Shown piece by piece: positions 40,557 through 54,144 of a DNA stretch of 64,000 bases. Source of the stretch: Octopus vulgaris. Its lineage: Eukaryota. The stretch covers positions 72,788,001-72,852,000 of the forward strand of contig OX597830.1 of the NCBI GenBank assembly GCA_951406725.2, read 5' to 3'. Position 1 is the stretch's first letter, and each line of letters starts with the position of its first letter. A program made the translations under genes and the position numbers. The notes beneath the pieces are model-generated. The model was not told where the DNA came from and did not search any database. It was given only the letters and a program-made list of their open reading frames with translations.

Positions 40557-40975
40557 ATATTTCTTTACTATCCACAAGGGGCTAAACATAGAGGGGACAA
40601 AGAAGGACAGACAAAGGGATTAAGTCGATTACATCGACCCTAGTACGTAACTGGTCCTTAATTTATCGACGCCGAAAGGATGAAAGGCAAAGTCGACCTC
40701 AGCGGAATTTGAAGTCATAACGTAGTGACAGGCGAAATACCTATTTCTTTACTACCCACAAGGGGCTAAACATAGAGGGGACAAACAAGGACAGACAATG
40801 GGATTAAGTCGATTACATCGACCCCAGTGCGTAACTGGTACCTATTTAATCGACCCCGAAAGGATGAAAGGCAAAGTCGACCTGAGCGGTATTTGAACCC
40901 AGAACGTAACGGCAAACGAAATACGGCTACGCATTTCGCCCGGCATGTAACGATTCTGCCAGCTCGCCGCCTTTA
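40557..40975 (-). mobile_element. SINE family B dimer with 17-bp TSD
   Basis: TSD aacacatataaatatat at 40540-40556 and 40976-40992; two core+tail units. Confidence 0.95.
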
Positions 40976-41444
40976 AACACATATAAATATATGGCGGATA
41001 ATTTTATTGATATTGCAATTCGATATTATGTCAACGCCAATTAAGTAAAACTGTGATCAAAGAGTTCAATTCAAAATAATCCCTGTTTCTTGTCGGGTAA
41101 TGTATGAGAGACAATTTTCCAAAATTGTGTCGCTAGCGCTGTGAGAGGGGAGCGACCACGTCTAACGTGGCTTCCATCGTGACATCCATTGCTTTTCTTT
41201 AGGATGTTAATGGTAATTGACGGAAAATGAAATAAGTTTAACTGAGTATAAAAATGCAGGTGACACTACCCATTCTCGGCCGGTTCGTATCATATGTGAA
41301 TGATGTCGCCTTCTCCGCATCATATATGTTATCCGAGAAGCCGCGGTAGTTTACTGTTACTCTCTCCCCCACTTCTCTCTCTCCCTCTCTCTCGCTTTGA
41401 GATTTATATAAGATAAACATAGATATACATACACATAATATATA

Positions 41445-41761
<317 letters not shown>

Positions 41762-41799
41762 CTATATTTATATATATATATATATACATATATAAATAA

Positions 41800-41833
<34 letters not shown>

Positions 41834-41839
41834 GTAGAT

Positions 41840-41944
<105 letters not shown>

Positions 41945-42012
41945 GGTATGTGTTTGTATGTGTGCCTGTGTCTGTGTGTTTTTGTATCTGTGTGTCACTC
42001 ACACACCTACAC

Positions 42013-42049
<37 letters not shown>

Positions 42050-42512
42050 AAGAAAGAGCGAGCGTTGTCCACTGAATTACATCAAAATAACATATGATAC
42101 ACAAAATGACGGCTTCGCCTGTTATAGTTCTTAACATCAATAACTGAGATTGTACTGATAATCACAGGGCAGCTGTGCTTACAGTTCCGTTACATCTCAA
42201 ATCTTATTGGCTGTTGTTCAATTGGAACTGAAACCTGTGATTGAGAAATATACGTCATTTTAGGTGGAGGATAGCCAGTATATAAATATATATATATCTG
42301 ACATTATATATATCCTCCTCCGTGTATCAAGCCGGTTAATTGGCCTAGTCGATAGACCGTCTTTTAGTAAGACAGTTACGTTCGATTTACCTTCTGAGTC
42401 CGAATCCTGCAGCGATCCCCTTCGCTTCCTCACTCTTAGGGTCGATAAAATTTATTGTAAGACAAGAATATGGGACAAAGTAATTGCCTTTCGTCGCTTC
42501 AAATTTCAGCTG

Positions 42513-42596
<84 letters not shown>

Positions 42597-43115
42597 CCTT
42601 CCTATCTATCTATTTATCTATCTAATACTAACTAAATTCTGTTTCTCTAGGTGAGATCTCTCTGATTTGTTACATATGAAATACATATAAATTATATTTT
42701 TGATAAAAATGTTGTGTGTGTGTGTGTGTGTGTGTGTGTGCTTGTGTCTGCGTGTGTGTGCAGTAACACACGAGCATACATTTATAGTAATATCTTTCTT
42801 AATAATGCCTTCACTTTTTCGGAAAATCTACTAAGTTAACTACTTTCTGTATTCTGATTCTGATTTCTTAAAATTCTACTGCGCCATTAATATTATGGAT
42901 GTAGGTGATGGACTCGACTTGTGTAAGTAAGGTGTGTTTATTTCTTGAGCATCGCAACGGTCGACACAGCTTGCAAACAGGAGCAAACCGCGATTGAGTG
43001 ACGTTACTTGCAATGGGAGAATATATATCCGGGAAACCGGGCTTACGAGCCAATTGACCACTGCACCACCATGATGATGATAATGATGATGATGATGATG
43101 ATGATGATGATAATG

Positions 43116-43161
<46 letters not shown>

Positions 43162-43271
43162 TAATAATAATAATAATAATAATCATTGTTGTAAATATTC
43201 TTCTCGTTGACTCTGTTTTTGGTGCAATATTTTCTATGTCTAAATGATTTTGAAGGTAGATTTTCTTGCTT

Positions 43272-43311
<40 letters not shown>

Positions 43312-43491
43312 CATATATGTATATGTACACAACGCAAAAGTGGGAAGAAATAAAAGAATATGTACAAAATAAATAAAGAGCTGGTATTGTTTTGACGCAC
43401 AGGAAATGGAGTAAAAATGTGGACACACACACACACATACATACACACACACAGACACACATACGCACATACACATACAAGGAAATGTATT

Positions 43492-43520
43492 GAACGTTTC
43501 GTGTATTCACTCTTCAGAAA
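43492..43520 (-). ncRNA. Minimal hammerhead-like core, stem I eroded
   Basis: Minus: ttt-CTGAAGA-GTG-aata-CAC-GAAAC-GTTC. Confidence 0.45.
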
Positions 43521-43602
43521 GATAAGTTAGAAATTGAAAGAAAAGAAATGAGAGAAAGTAAATCGGAGAAATATAAAAGCAAGCGTATCTATAAATGTGA
43601 GA

Positions 43603-43713
<111 letters not shown>

Positions 43714-44122
43714 TGTATCTATGTATGTATATGTGTGTGTATACATACACATGCACACAAGCACACATATATGCAAATATATAGAGACTCTTCACTGCCT
43801 TTTGCTAATGGTATTAGATTTAATTTTCGTTGAATTTCAGTATCAGCAGCCATAGCTGTTGTAAGTTCACACACATTAGCAGCAGTAATTAGAGTAGAAG
43901 TAGCAACAGCAGCACCGACAGTAGCATTTACAACAGCAGCAGCAGCAGCAACAGCAGCAAGCAATCTTGCTATTCCAGCTGATTTTTCTGAAGAATATCG
44001 TCAATAGCTATCCTGAAATGTTCATTAATTCCTGTCTTCTTTTATACAATAACATGTATAACGTTCACTATCAGCAACCGAATAAACGTCACAATCACCA
44101 TCTTTATTATTCCACCATCAGT

Positions 44123-44770
44123 AAGGCAACGATCTGGCAAAAGCGTTAGCACGCCGGGCGAAATGCTTAGCCGTATTTCGTCTGCCGCTACGTTCTGAGT
44201 TCAAATTCCGCCGAGGTCGACTTTGCCTTTCATCCTCTCGGGGTCGATAAATTAAGTACCAGTTGCGCACTGGGGTCGATATAATCGACTTAATCCGTTT
44301 GTCTGTCCTTGTTTGTCCCCTCTGTGTGTAGCCTCTTCTGGGCAGTAAAGACATAAGAATCGTGAACACGCTGGACAAAATGACTTGGGGCTTTTCATCT
44401 GTTCTTACGTATGTTGTGTGTTCAAATTCTGTCGAGGTCGACTTTGCCTTTCATCCTTTCGGGGTCGATAAATTAAGTACCAGTTGCGCACTGGGGTCGA
44501 TATAATCGACTTAATCCGTTTGTCTGTCCTTGTTTACCCCCTCTATGTGTAGCCTCTTGTGGGCAGTAAAGACATAAGAATCGTGAACACGCTGGACAAA
44601 ATGACTTGGGGCTTTTCATCTGTTCTTACGTATGTTGTGTGTTCAAATTCTGTCGAGGTCGATTTTGACTTTCATCCTTTCGTGGTCGCTGATGAGGTTC
44701 TAATCAAGCACTGGGACAGTTGTAATCTACTGGCAACCTCCACCAAAATTGTATGCCTTGTGCCTTCCTC
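44123..44770 (+). mobile_element. SINE-B composite: young copy + old copy with a 221-bp tandem duplication
   Basis: gaggtcga cores at 44213, 44434 and 44655; near-identical 221-bp units; ends with type-2 tail. Confidence 0.9.
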
Positions 44771-45349
44771 CATTTTTTTCTGCCTTCCTCCTCATCATCA
44801 TCAACAAAAACATCCTTTCTCCTTTCAGCATCATCAACTTCATCACGTATTTATGATGATGGCGGGTGGTGATATCGATAATGATGATGTTGATGCTGGC
44901 CTCATAATCGACGTCGTCAATAAAAATATTAAATGACATCATCATCATCACCGTCATCATCATTATCATCATCGTCATCTTCACCATCGTCGTAATCGAA
45001 GTTTACCTCGTTGTAGTCGTCGCTATCATCGTCGTTCCTATCATTACTTTCCTCCTATTTCTTCTCCTCATTATCATTGCTTATAATTACAACTCTATAA
45101 CAGCCATTTTCTTCCGCCTTCACGTGATTCCTATCTTCTAGCATCCTATTCTATCAGCGTCTGCTTTATCACCGCCAACGGCACAATTATCATCATCTTC
45201 GTCGTTGTTATCATCTTTAGTTCTTGGTGAATCGTAACATTCGGTATCAATACGAAAAGTCACTATTATCATTTAGCTGTATATCTCAGAGAGCGCAACA
45301 CACATACATATCATATGTGTATGTGTGTGTGTGTGTGGGGGGTAGATAA

Positions 45350-45660
45350 GTAGTTCAGAGTTCAGGTCTCCTATACAGGTCGAGCTGCTCCGGAAGTGTG
45401 TACATGTGATTAGAATTTCACAGGAAAGAAGAGCATCGTAGATTCTTTAAGACAAGCGAAATAGCAGGAGACCAAGAGGTGGGTCAATAATGACGTGGTT
45501 GGATAACGTCTGCAGTTCCATTTGATCACGCTTAGGAATTCAGTCCGGCACAAGTAAATGACTATTGCTTCTGATAAGGCCCTATGAAGGAGTTGCCTAA
45601 TGACGCTCCCGCGTTGACCCTTTCAGTAATACAGGGTGGAGTAGGTTGGTGAATGGACGG
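45350..45660 (+). mobile_element. RTE-clade LINE 3' end, decayed
   Basis: HVIRISQERRAS...RRPRGGSIMTWLDNV...SRLGIQ...ASDKAL*RSCL, matching the GHVxR...RPRGRP..W..DR..W RTE C-terminal pattern. Confidence 0.75.
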
Positions 45661-45701
45661 ATAAATACGCACACAAACACACACACATACATATATATAT
45701 A

Positions 45702-45860
45702 GGCGTTGCGGTATGGTAAGAAGCATACTTTACAACCTAATGGTTCCGGGTTCAGTCCCACAGCGTGGCACCTTGGGCGAGTGTATTCTACTAAAGCCTC
45801 AGCCTGACAAAACCCTTGTCAGTGGATTTGGTAGACGGAAACTGAGAGAAGTCCGTCTTA
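45702..45860 (+). mobile_element. SINE-A 5' half
   Basis: ggttccgggttcagtcccacagcgtggcaccttgggcgagtg...ggatttggtagacggaaactgagagaag. Confidence 0.85.
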
Positions 45861-46104
45861 TACATATATGTCTGTGTTCGCGCGCGCGCAACATATTTAG
45901 TGTGGGTGATGTGTGTGTGTGTGTATATGAGTATATATATATATAGAGAGAGAGGGGGAAGTATGAATGAGAGGGGGGGAAAGTCTGAAGGAGAGAGGGA
46001 GTGAGAGAGACAGAAAACTAGAGGTACTGATATTGCTAAACGCGATTGGGCTTCATATATAAATTATGCATGCAAATTTACATATGTGGATATATTTAAT
46101 TATG

Positions 46105-46148
<44 letters not shown>

Positions 46149-46168
46149 ACATATACATATGTATATAC

Positions 46169-46242
<74 letters not shown>

Positions 46243-46245
<3 letters not shown>

Positions 46246-46455
46246 AATTTACAGAAATGCAAAAGATGAAGACAGGCGTAGGAGCAACATGCAGGCTTGT
46301 TAGTTTGATGCTCGGGAAGAATGGAACAGTCTTTTAAGTTTCGAGTCTACGCTCTTCGACAGAAAGTATTAAGAGGAAAAAATGAGGAGAGAGAACGAAA
46401 TAAAAAAAAACGAAGAGGTAAAAACACGTGTAGGCGTAAACTGTTTAACATGATG
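46243..46455 (-). mobile_element. Penelope-like terminal repeat with hammerhead-like motif (46331-46366)
   Basis: Minus: cttt-CTGTCGA-A-GAGC-gtag-ACTC-GAAAC-TTA-aaag; homologous to the 16393 and 29097 copies. Confidence 0.7.
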
Positions 46456-46466
46456 ACTATAAATAC

Positions 46467-46787
46467 TGGGAAACTATATATATGGGAAACTATATATATG
46501 GGAAACTATATATATCGGAAACTACCGCCTGTGTCATCTCTTGTGAAAGGTAAGAGAATCCAGTTTGCTGGACATTGTTGTAGAGCTGAAAAAGAGGTAA
46601 TTTCTACTCTTCTCCTCTGGAAGCCATCTACTCGCAATACCAGAGGGCGCACACTCTCCTACCCTGATGTAATCTCCAAGGATACAGGTATCCAGCAACA
46701 GGACCTCCGTAATGCCATGATGGACCGTGAAGTCTGGCGTAGCATGGTAAATTCCATTGTCTCGACCACGGTCGAACAATGATGATA
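46467..46787 (+). mobile_element. Apparently young 5'-truncated RTE-clade LINE 3' end
   Basis: Open frame KLPPVSSLVKGKRIQFAGHCCRAEKEVISTLLLWKP...GRTLSYPDVISKDTG...DLRNAMMDREVWRSMV..*, then tgatgat tail. Confidence 0.9.
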
Positions 46788-46995
46788 TATACTGAGCGAG
46801 AGTGAGAAAAACCAAAAGTTGAAATTATTAAGAGGGGCACTCACGTAAATGTACATAGATATTTATATATTTACTCAATAATTTTACATAGAGTTAAAAA
46901 AATACAGAAAACTAAGCGGCGAATGTAGGGTATTTCAAATCCGACATATATTTTGGGAGCTTGGAATTACGTAATAGTTGTAATGTAATAATATG

Positions 46996-47080
<85 letters not shown>

Positions 47081-47434
47081 GAAACACATACACAGTGTTT
47101 TCATTTGTTGTTGGTTTTTAGATAGGTAATGGGAAATATACCACGCTTCAGCACTTTTTATATAAACACGTGTACTACAAGACTAAAAATAGAGTGTAAT
47201 TGTAATTCTCAAATCTTCAATGATTGCAACAAGAAAAAAATTACAGCTTTTAATAACTTCATTTGAAATAGTTTAGGCCTGCCAGAGAAGGGACTACATA
47301 CAGAACAACTAATTCTCTCTCTCTCTCTCTCGTTGTCTATCTCTCTCTCTCCATTCTATCTATCTCTACTATCTATCTCTCCTTGTATCTATCTGTCTAT
47401 CAATAACCTGTAGTTATGTAAGCACACTTGAGAT

Positions 47435-47945
47435 GCTTTTTAATTTTACCACTTCAGATGTTTTTCCAGAGTTTCCTTGCAAGTGGTAAACACCCTAAGA
47501 AGCTAAAAGAAGGTATTATACGCCCTATCCATAAAGATGGGTGCAAATCAGAGGCTAACATCTAGAGGCCAACCTCTCTAACCTCACATACTAAAGTCAT
47601 GGAACGAATCATCAAAGAGAAACTGATAACGTTCCAAGAAGAAAGTGAACGATACACAGCATGGTTTCAATACAATTCTTCTAAACTATGACAGGGTTTT
47701 GAAGCATTCAGGTGCCAATGTGATATATCTTGACTTTTGATAAGGTAGATCAGGACATATGTCACAATCTTCATGACCGTGGCATAGCTGGTAGAAAGGA
47801 GGTGGGGCTGCATGTCCTCCAAATAGATAAAAGTCAAGTAGTTGCTGCCAATGGTACCCTCTCAAATTGCATATAGCCTCAATTAGGGAACTGTCTTGGG
47901 GATCATTACGGTTTGCAGTAGTTGTCTCTGACAGTGTCACTAGTA
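47435..47945 (+). pseudogene. CR1-group LINE reverse-transcriptase relic
   Basis: SGKHPKKLKEGIIRPIHKDG..EANI*RPTSLTSH..KVMERII...QHGF...VIYLDF..FDKVD...GTVLG; multiple frameshifts and stops. Confidence 0.85.
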
Positions 47946-48068
47946 AGCTATTTTTCTGTTTTTTGGAATACTTCCTCTGTGAATGTAGTGGTGTTGCATC
48001 TAATATTAAGGCGTAAAAGGAAGAATTGCGTCTGTCCCTCCCTCTTTCTCTCTCTCTGTATATATACA

Positions 48069-48460
48069 CTAGCAGTATCGCCCGGCGTTTCTCGGGTTTG
48101 TAAGGGAAATAACTATATAAGCATTTTTAGAGATGTAAAGTATAATAACCATCTCAATATGGCTAACCACATGGGGGGTGTTACTGTAGCTTTTACGTTC
48201 TGAGATTTAATTATAAATTTTTAGAGAGTTACTTCCCTTATATATGCCAAAAATGCATTAAAATGGGAAAAATTGATAGTAAATTCTTTTTAAAATCGTA
48301 GACTCATCGTAGACGTGCGCTAATACCCAGAAGGGCTCGATGTGAATCACGACTATAAGATACCCGATTTTGGTTAAACTGCACCGCAAAATGTGGGAGT
48401 AGTTAGGAATCTAAATCGTAGGAGACAGACAGCACACAACCTTACTTTTATATATAAAGA
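48069..48460 (-). mobile_element. Non-autonomous Helitron
   Basis: Minus strand A|TCTTTATATATAAAAG ... cccgagaaacgccggg hairpin - cgatactgCTAG|T; second copy at 52148. Confidence 0.9.
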
Positions 48461-48499
48461 TGTGTGTAAGTGTGACGTTTGGATTGGAGGTAATGAATT

Positions 48500-48800
48500 G
48501 AAATCATATCCCGGCTGTCATCAAAGCATCTTACCTTCTGTTCATTACCGAGCACCCCGGTAAAAAAAAAATCTTTGCATGAATGTACACGTGATCAAAT
48601 TTTCATGTATAATTGTGAGTACAGTTCCCACACTAACTCCAAACTGACGATCGTATCCAGAAAACTGATGTCCTGGTGTCCTTTCCATTCTACATCTCTC
48701 ATCGTCTCTCACCTCTTTTTTCCTGTCCTTGAGCCTCATGTGCTATCGAAAAATAGATGCTCAGCTTGTCTAGAGCATTCCATAAGTTCTTGTAGTGTAT
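48500..48800 (-). pseudogene. mariner-family transposase N-terminal relic
   Basis: EVRDDERCR...QFGVSVGTVLTIIHENL...; resembles the DDERxGRP and SxGTVxxIIHExL motifs of mariner HTH regions; frameshifted. Confidence 0.7.
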
Positions 48801-49098
48801 TTACCTAGCAGCCTAGCAGGGCTCGCCGAACGGGAGTAAATTACTCCAAGTGATGTAAAAATGAAATTCTTGTTGGGTAAAGAGGGTCCATTAGACGTAA
48901 GTGAAATTGTATAAAGGATGTTTTCCTTTGTACGGCAGAAATCTTTCTTCAAGTAACACTGCCTCTGTCCAACGTAATGAACGTGTAAATAGATTCATAT
49001 AAACAGATTCAATAAAACAGATCCAGTAAACCTTTTGAATTCAAAGAATCTATGATTTTTCTCCCTTTCAAATCAAGGAAGTAACGTCGACATAATTA

Positions 49099-49567
49099 CC
49101 GTAAATCCTCGAGTATAATCCGCATTTTTTTCCCCAAAATTTAAAGGTCAAAATCCCTAGTGCGTACTATATACGAGGTTCAAAATGAAAATTATTTTCT
49201 AAGCAGTGTCTAAATCTCTATTTGCTGTCCGGCAATGTTTATTCAGACACATTTTGTGATGTCGGGCGCGAAAATACCTTAAGGTAAGCAACATTTATTA
49301 AACGTTATTACTGTTATTTCTTTATTCTCCGCAAACAAAATGCACAAAAAAGCTACATACACGTTTGCATTATGTTATATATACAATAATAATAAAGGAC
49401 GTTACCGTATACATTTTTACAAACCAAGGACGTTATATAGACCTCCTTGACTCAAGTTAGAGAAGGGGTGCGTATTTTACAAAAGGTTTAGGTTTTTCAG
49501 AGGTACAGCTCCCTAAATATCCCCTGCGCATTATACTCAAGGGCGTACTATACTCGAGGATTTACGG
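49099..49567. mobile_element. Tc1/mariner-superfamily (Tc2/pogo-like, CCGTA-ended) MITE, 469 bp
   Basis: TA|CCGTAAATCCTCGAGTATA ... TATACTCGAGGATTTACGG|TA: perfect 19-bp TIR, TA TSD, subterminal tgcgta(c/t)tata repeats. Confidence 0.95.
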
Positions 49568-49960
49568 TAAATACATTTTGAGATAATTGGCTAAAAAAGT
49601 GTTCCGACACCCGGGCCTAGCTTTGCAGAAAAGTTATTGCATAACGAGCTTCCATACTACATTCTACAAAATCGTCAGCTGTGACTAGCTGTGATTAATA
49701 GCATGTGTTGAAAGAGATTTTGCAGCGATCTTCTTGAATTCGGAACAACGAAATTTAGCAGGTCAGCTTAATAAATATATATTAATGAATTAGTAAATTG
49801 CAATAATTTAGGACAGTTACAACTGGCTCTCTTAAAAAAGATTCAGACCTTCTGGACTACATCTTGTATGTGTATATGTGTGCGTACGTAAGTGAGTGTA
49901 CGAGTGTGCGTATGTGAATGTAAATGTGCAGGTATATATTTATTATATATGTATGTAAGC

Positions 49961-50256
<296 letters not shown>

Positions 50257-50543
50257 GTATAAGCAGAGAGAGTGCAGAATACCTAACTTAACATAGCGTG
50301 GAATATGTGCGTGTATACATGTGTGAGCCTGTGCGTGTATGTGTACGTATGTGTGAGATTGCGTGTGTGTTGTGAATTTGTATGTGTTTTCATCGATATA
50401 CATGAGTGTGAACATGTATGAATGCAATTAACTATATCTGTATTAAATGTTGTGTGTGTGTATATATATATATGAGTGTATGTGTGTGTATATATATATA
50501 TATATATGTTGAGTGTGTGTATATATATGTTTGTGTTTATTTT

Positions 50544-50577
<34 letters not shown>

Positions 50578-50580
<3 letters not shown>

Positions 50581-51075
50581 TATTATAAAAGGCAGATTTT
50601 ATCTGCCTCCCTTTGGGAGTTATAGAAATCTACAATATAGGATTTCTTCAATTACAATTTACCTAGCATTTTTAAGAGTAGAATGCATCGCGTCATGCCA
50701 GGTCCAGTTTTTAAAATTTAAACTCCAATTAAGCAAAATTTACAGAAAACTCACATTCTGGTGTGTGTGTCAAATGCTTTTCTTAGTCTGGTTTACACCA
50801 CACGCAAACGCACACACACAGTGGGCAACGAATAAAATGAAACTAATTCACTTACTGTAGTGAGTGATTCTTTCACTCTGCCTCCCACTTCCTCTTTCCA
50901 CACATAGACACGCAAATATATAAATAAAATTGTAAGCTAACGTGCGTGTGTGTGAGTGTATGTGTGCGTGTGCGCGTGTGTGTGTGTGAGAGGGTGCGTG
51001 TGTGTGTGCGTGTGCGTGAGTGTGTGACAGGAAAGTTTTTTAAGACGAATATAAGACCTATATCCAAGTAGCAGA
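50578..51075 (+). mobile_element. Possible Helitron-like element (5' end only supported)
   Basis: A|TCTTATTATAAAAG start like the Helitrons here, then palindrome ggcagattttatctgcc; no CTAG 3' end found. Confidence 0.4.
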
Positions 51076-51077
51076 AA

Positions 51078-51345
51078 GATAAGACAGTAAGGTGTGATTT
51101 GAGGGAGATTTGGCTGCTATTTCTACCATGTCTAGCTGCCATGTAGGGGTCTCCCTCATAGGCTCATACATACATATATACATAGATAAGACAGTAAGGT
51201 GTGATTTGGGGGAAATTTGGCTGCTATTTCTACCAGGTCTAGCTACCATGTAGAGGTCCCCCTCATTGGCTCATATATATATACATACATAAGACGGTAA
51301 GGTGTGATTTGAGGGAGATTTGGCTGCTGTTTCTACCAGGTCTGT
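51078..51345 (+). repeat. Tandem trimer (~105-bp unit) of a dispersed short repeat
   Basis: ataagacagtaaggtgtgatttgagggagatttggctgctatttctacc at 51078, 51185 and 51288. Confidence 0.9.
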
Positions 51346-51404
51346 TAGGCCTTCTCATGTAAACTCAAGCTTTCTCATAAGACCAAAGCAGAGAATGTAT
51401 TCTT

Positions 51405-51620
51405 TTATTCTTCTGCTTTTTCCAGCCATTGGTCTGTGGCCATGCTGGGGCAATGCCTTGAAGAATTGTAGTTTAATGAATCAACTCCAGTTTTATTTTT
51501 GTAAGCATTGTAATTATTCTATCTGTTTCCTTTGTCAAACCACTAGGTGACAGGGATGTAAACAAACCAACATTCGTTGTCAAGCAGTGGTGGAGGACAA
51601 TCACAAGCACAGACACGCAC
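51405..51620 (-). mobile_element. Old SINE-A 3' module
   Basis: tgtggccatgctggggca...attctatctg...gggatgtaaacaaaccaac...gttgtcaagcag. Confidence 0.7.
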
Positions 51621-51679
51621 ACACACACACATACATGCATACACATATACACACATACATACATACATACATACATACA

Positions 51680-51715
<36 letters not shown>

Positions 51716-51731
51716 TGTGTGTATATATATA

Positions 51732-51990
51732 TTGCAGCGTGGAAGGTGTTTGTAAGCCATTTAAGAAACACACAAAAACCGTTAGATTCACTTCAACATT
51801 TAAATTTAATTTGCCAAAATATTTTCGTCGCTTTGAGACCGCGACCTGTTCACTGACAAAAATATCGTGCTAACAGGTCGCGGTCTCAAAGCGACGAAAA
51901 TATTTTGACAAATTAAATTCAAATGTTGAAGTGAATCTAACGGTTTTTGTGTGTTTCTTAAATGGCTTATAAACACCTTCAACGCTGCAA
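51732..51990. repeat. Near-perfect palindrome with ~119-bp arms and a 21-bp spacer
   Basis: ttgcagcgtggaaggtg...gagaccgcgacctgtt / aacaggtcgcggtctc...caccttcaacgctgcaa; only a few mismatches. Confidence 0.95.
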
Positions 51991-52147
51991 CTGTTTTCAG
52001 CACACGATCTCAGATCAAGTCACTTGCTATGCAAGTACATCTCTGTAACTATATATATATTTATATATATATATATATGTATATTGGTAAAAACAGTAAG
52101 ATAACAAAAGAAAGAAAGAGACCTCAATATTATGTAAATAGAGGAAA

Positions 52148-52541
52148 TCTTTATATATAAAAGTGAGGTTGTGTGTCTGTCTCCTACGATTTAGATTCCT
52201 AACTACTCCCACATTTTGCGGTGCAGTTTAACCAAAACCGGGTATCTTATAGTCGTGATTCATATCGAGACCGTCTGGGTATTAGCGCGCGTCTACGATG
52301 AGTCTACGATTTAAAAAAAAATTTATCATCAATTTTTCCCATTTTTAATCCATTTTTGACATATATAAGGGAAGTAACTCTCTAAAATTTATTATTAAAT
52401 CTCAGAACGTAAAAAGCTACAGTAACACCCCTCCCCCTTTGTGGTTAGCCATATTGAGATGGCTATTATACTTTACATCTCTAAAAATGCTTATATAATT
52501 ATTTCCCTTACAAACCCGAGCAACGCCGGGCGATACTGCTA

Positions 52542-52542
<1 letters not shown>
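52148..52542 (+). mobile_element. Non-autonomous Helitron, second copy
   Basis: A|TCTTTATATATAAAAG...cccgagcaacgccgggcgatactgCTAG|T. Confidence 0.9.
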
Positions 52543-52591
<49 letters not shown>

Positions 52592-53198
52592 GTAAATATA
52601 TTCACGTGTATCCACACACACTTAAACACATATCTATATGGACAGGTGTGTCTCTGTGTATGTGAAGGTGGTTACTTGAAGTGCTAAACATAGCAGTCAA
52701 ATCTCCCGTTAGATTACCCACTGCCGTCTTGCAATGTTGCTATTAGCCCGAAAAGTAAATAAACAAACAGACGCATGTAAATCAACCAATACAATTTTAT
52801 CAGTTGCTCCATTCTCTCAGGACTGATCTGCGAATAACGTAAATGGCGACAAAGACGACGGCAACAACAATGAAAGCAACAACGCTTCTCGCTTAGTTCC
52901 CTTTTGAACGCAAAGAAAGTCGAAATGATATTTCACAATATTTGTTATCTCCTATCCCTAAGAGAAGAAAACAAAATGAGTGGAGACAGACTGACAGGTA
53001 GGGAGAGAGAGAGAGAGAGTGAGAGACAGACAGAGTGTGTGTGTGTGAGGGTGGAAGTCATAGCTTAACACAGGGAGGAATGTGTGTGTGTGTATATGTG
53101 TGTGTATGCGTGTGTGTGAATGTGTGTGCTTCTTTGTATATATATGCTGTTTCTGTGTATGCAGTGCCTGTGTTTGTATGTATATATATTTATACATG

Positions 53199-53245
<47 letters not shown>

Positions 53246-53293
53246 TTAGTGTGTATATGTATGAATGCATGTACGTATATCGGTATTAAGATA

Positions 53294-53394
<101 letters not shown>

Positions 53395-54144
53395 CGAGAG
53401 AGAGAGAGAGAGAGAGGGGAGAGTGTAATTGTAACTCTCAAATCTTCAAATATACATATATATATCAAGAGAGAGAGAGAGAGAGAGAGGCGGGGAGAGA
53501 GAGGTAGAGTGTGTCAGAAAGAAAGGAGAATAGCGGTTGAATCCCACAGTATGCTTCTATTAAGCCATTTTTCAATTTAAATTCTATTAAATATAATAAT
53601 ATAATATAGAATTTAACAAAGAGTGAAATAATAAAACGTAATGCACAGAGCAATAATTAACGATCACTTAATCTTTTGATACGCACTTTGCAAACGAATC
53701 TATAGAATTATTGATTATTACGTACTCCATTATTATATAAATTCGTCGATCATGCAGAGATGAGTAATGAAATGTATAAAATAATTAGCTAATCATTAAC
53801 TTAATTTAGGCTTCAACAACAGCACGGTGATATCACTCGGTGATATGATTTAATTACAAAGTTTAAATAATTGTTATATTGGATTTGATGGTTGGTGGAT
53901 TATCAATCAACAGAATCGTTAGATTCTTCCTGTGTTTCTTCTGGTTTTTAACGCTGTGAGCTTGAAACTGAACGATATCAACTTTACGTTTCATACTTCG
54001 GCGTGGATAAAACTATAAGGTCAGTCAAACGTTGATTAACACTCTCTCGTCAGAATTTCTGGCTCTGTGTCGAAACTTAAAAACAAAAGTAAACTATTTG
54101 AATATAGTGAATTTACATACGGTATTATCCAGTGTACTCCCTCT

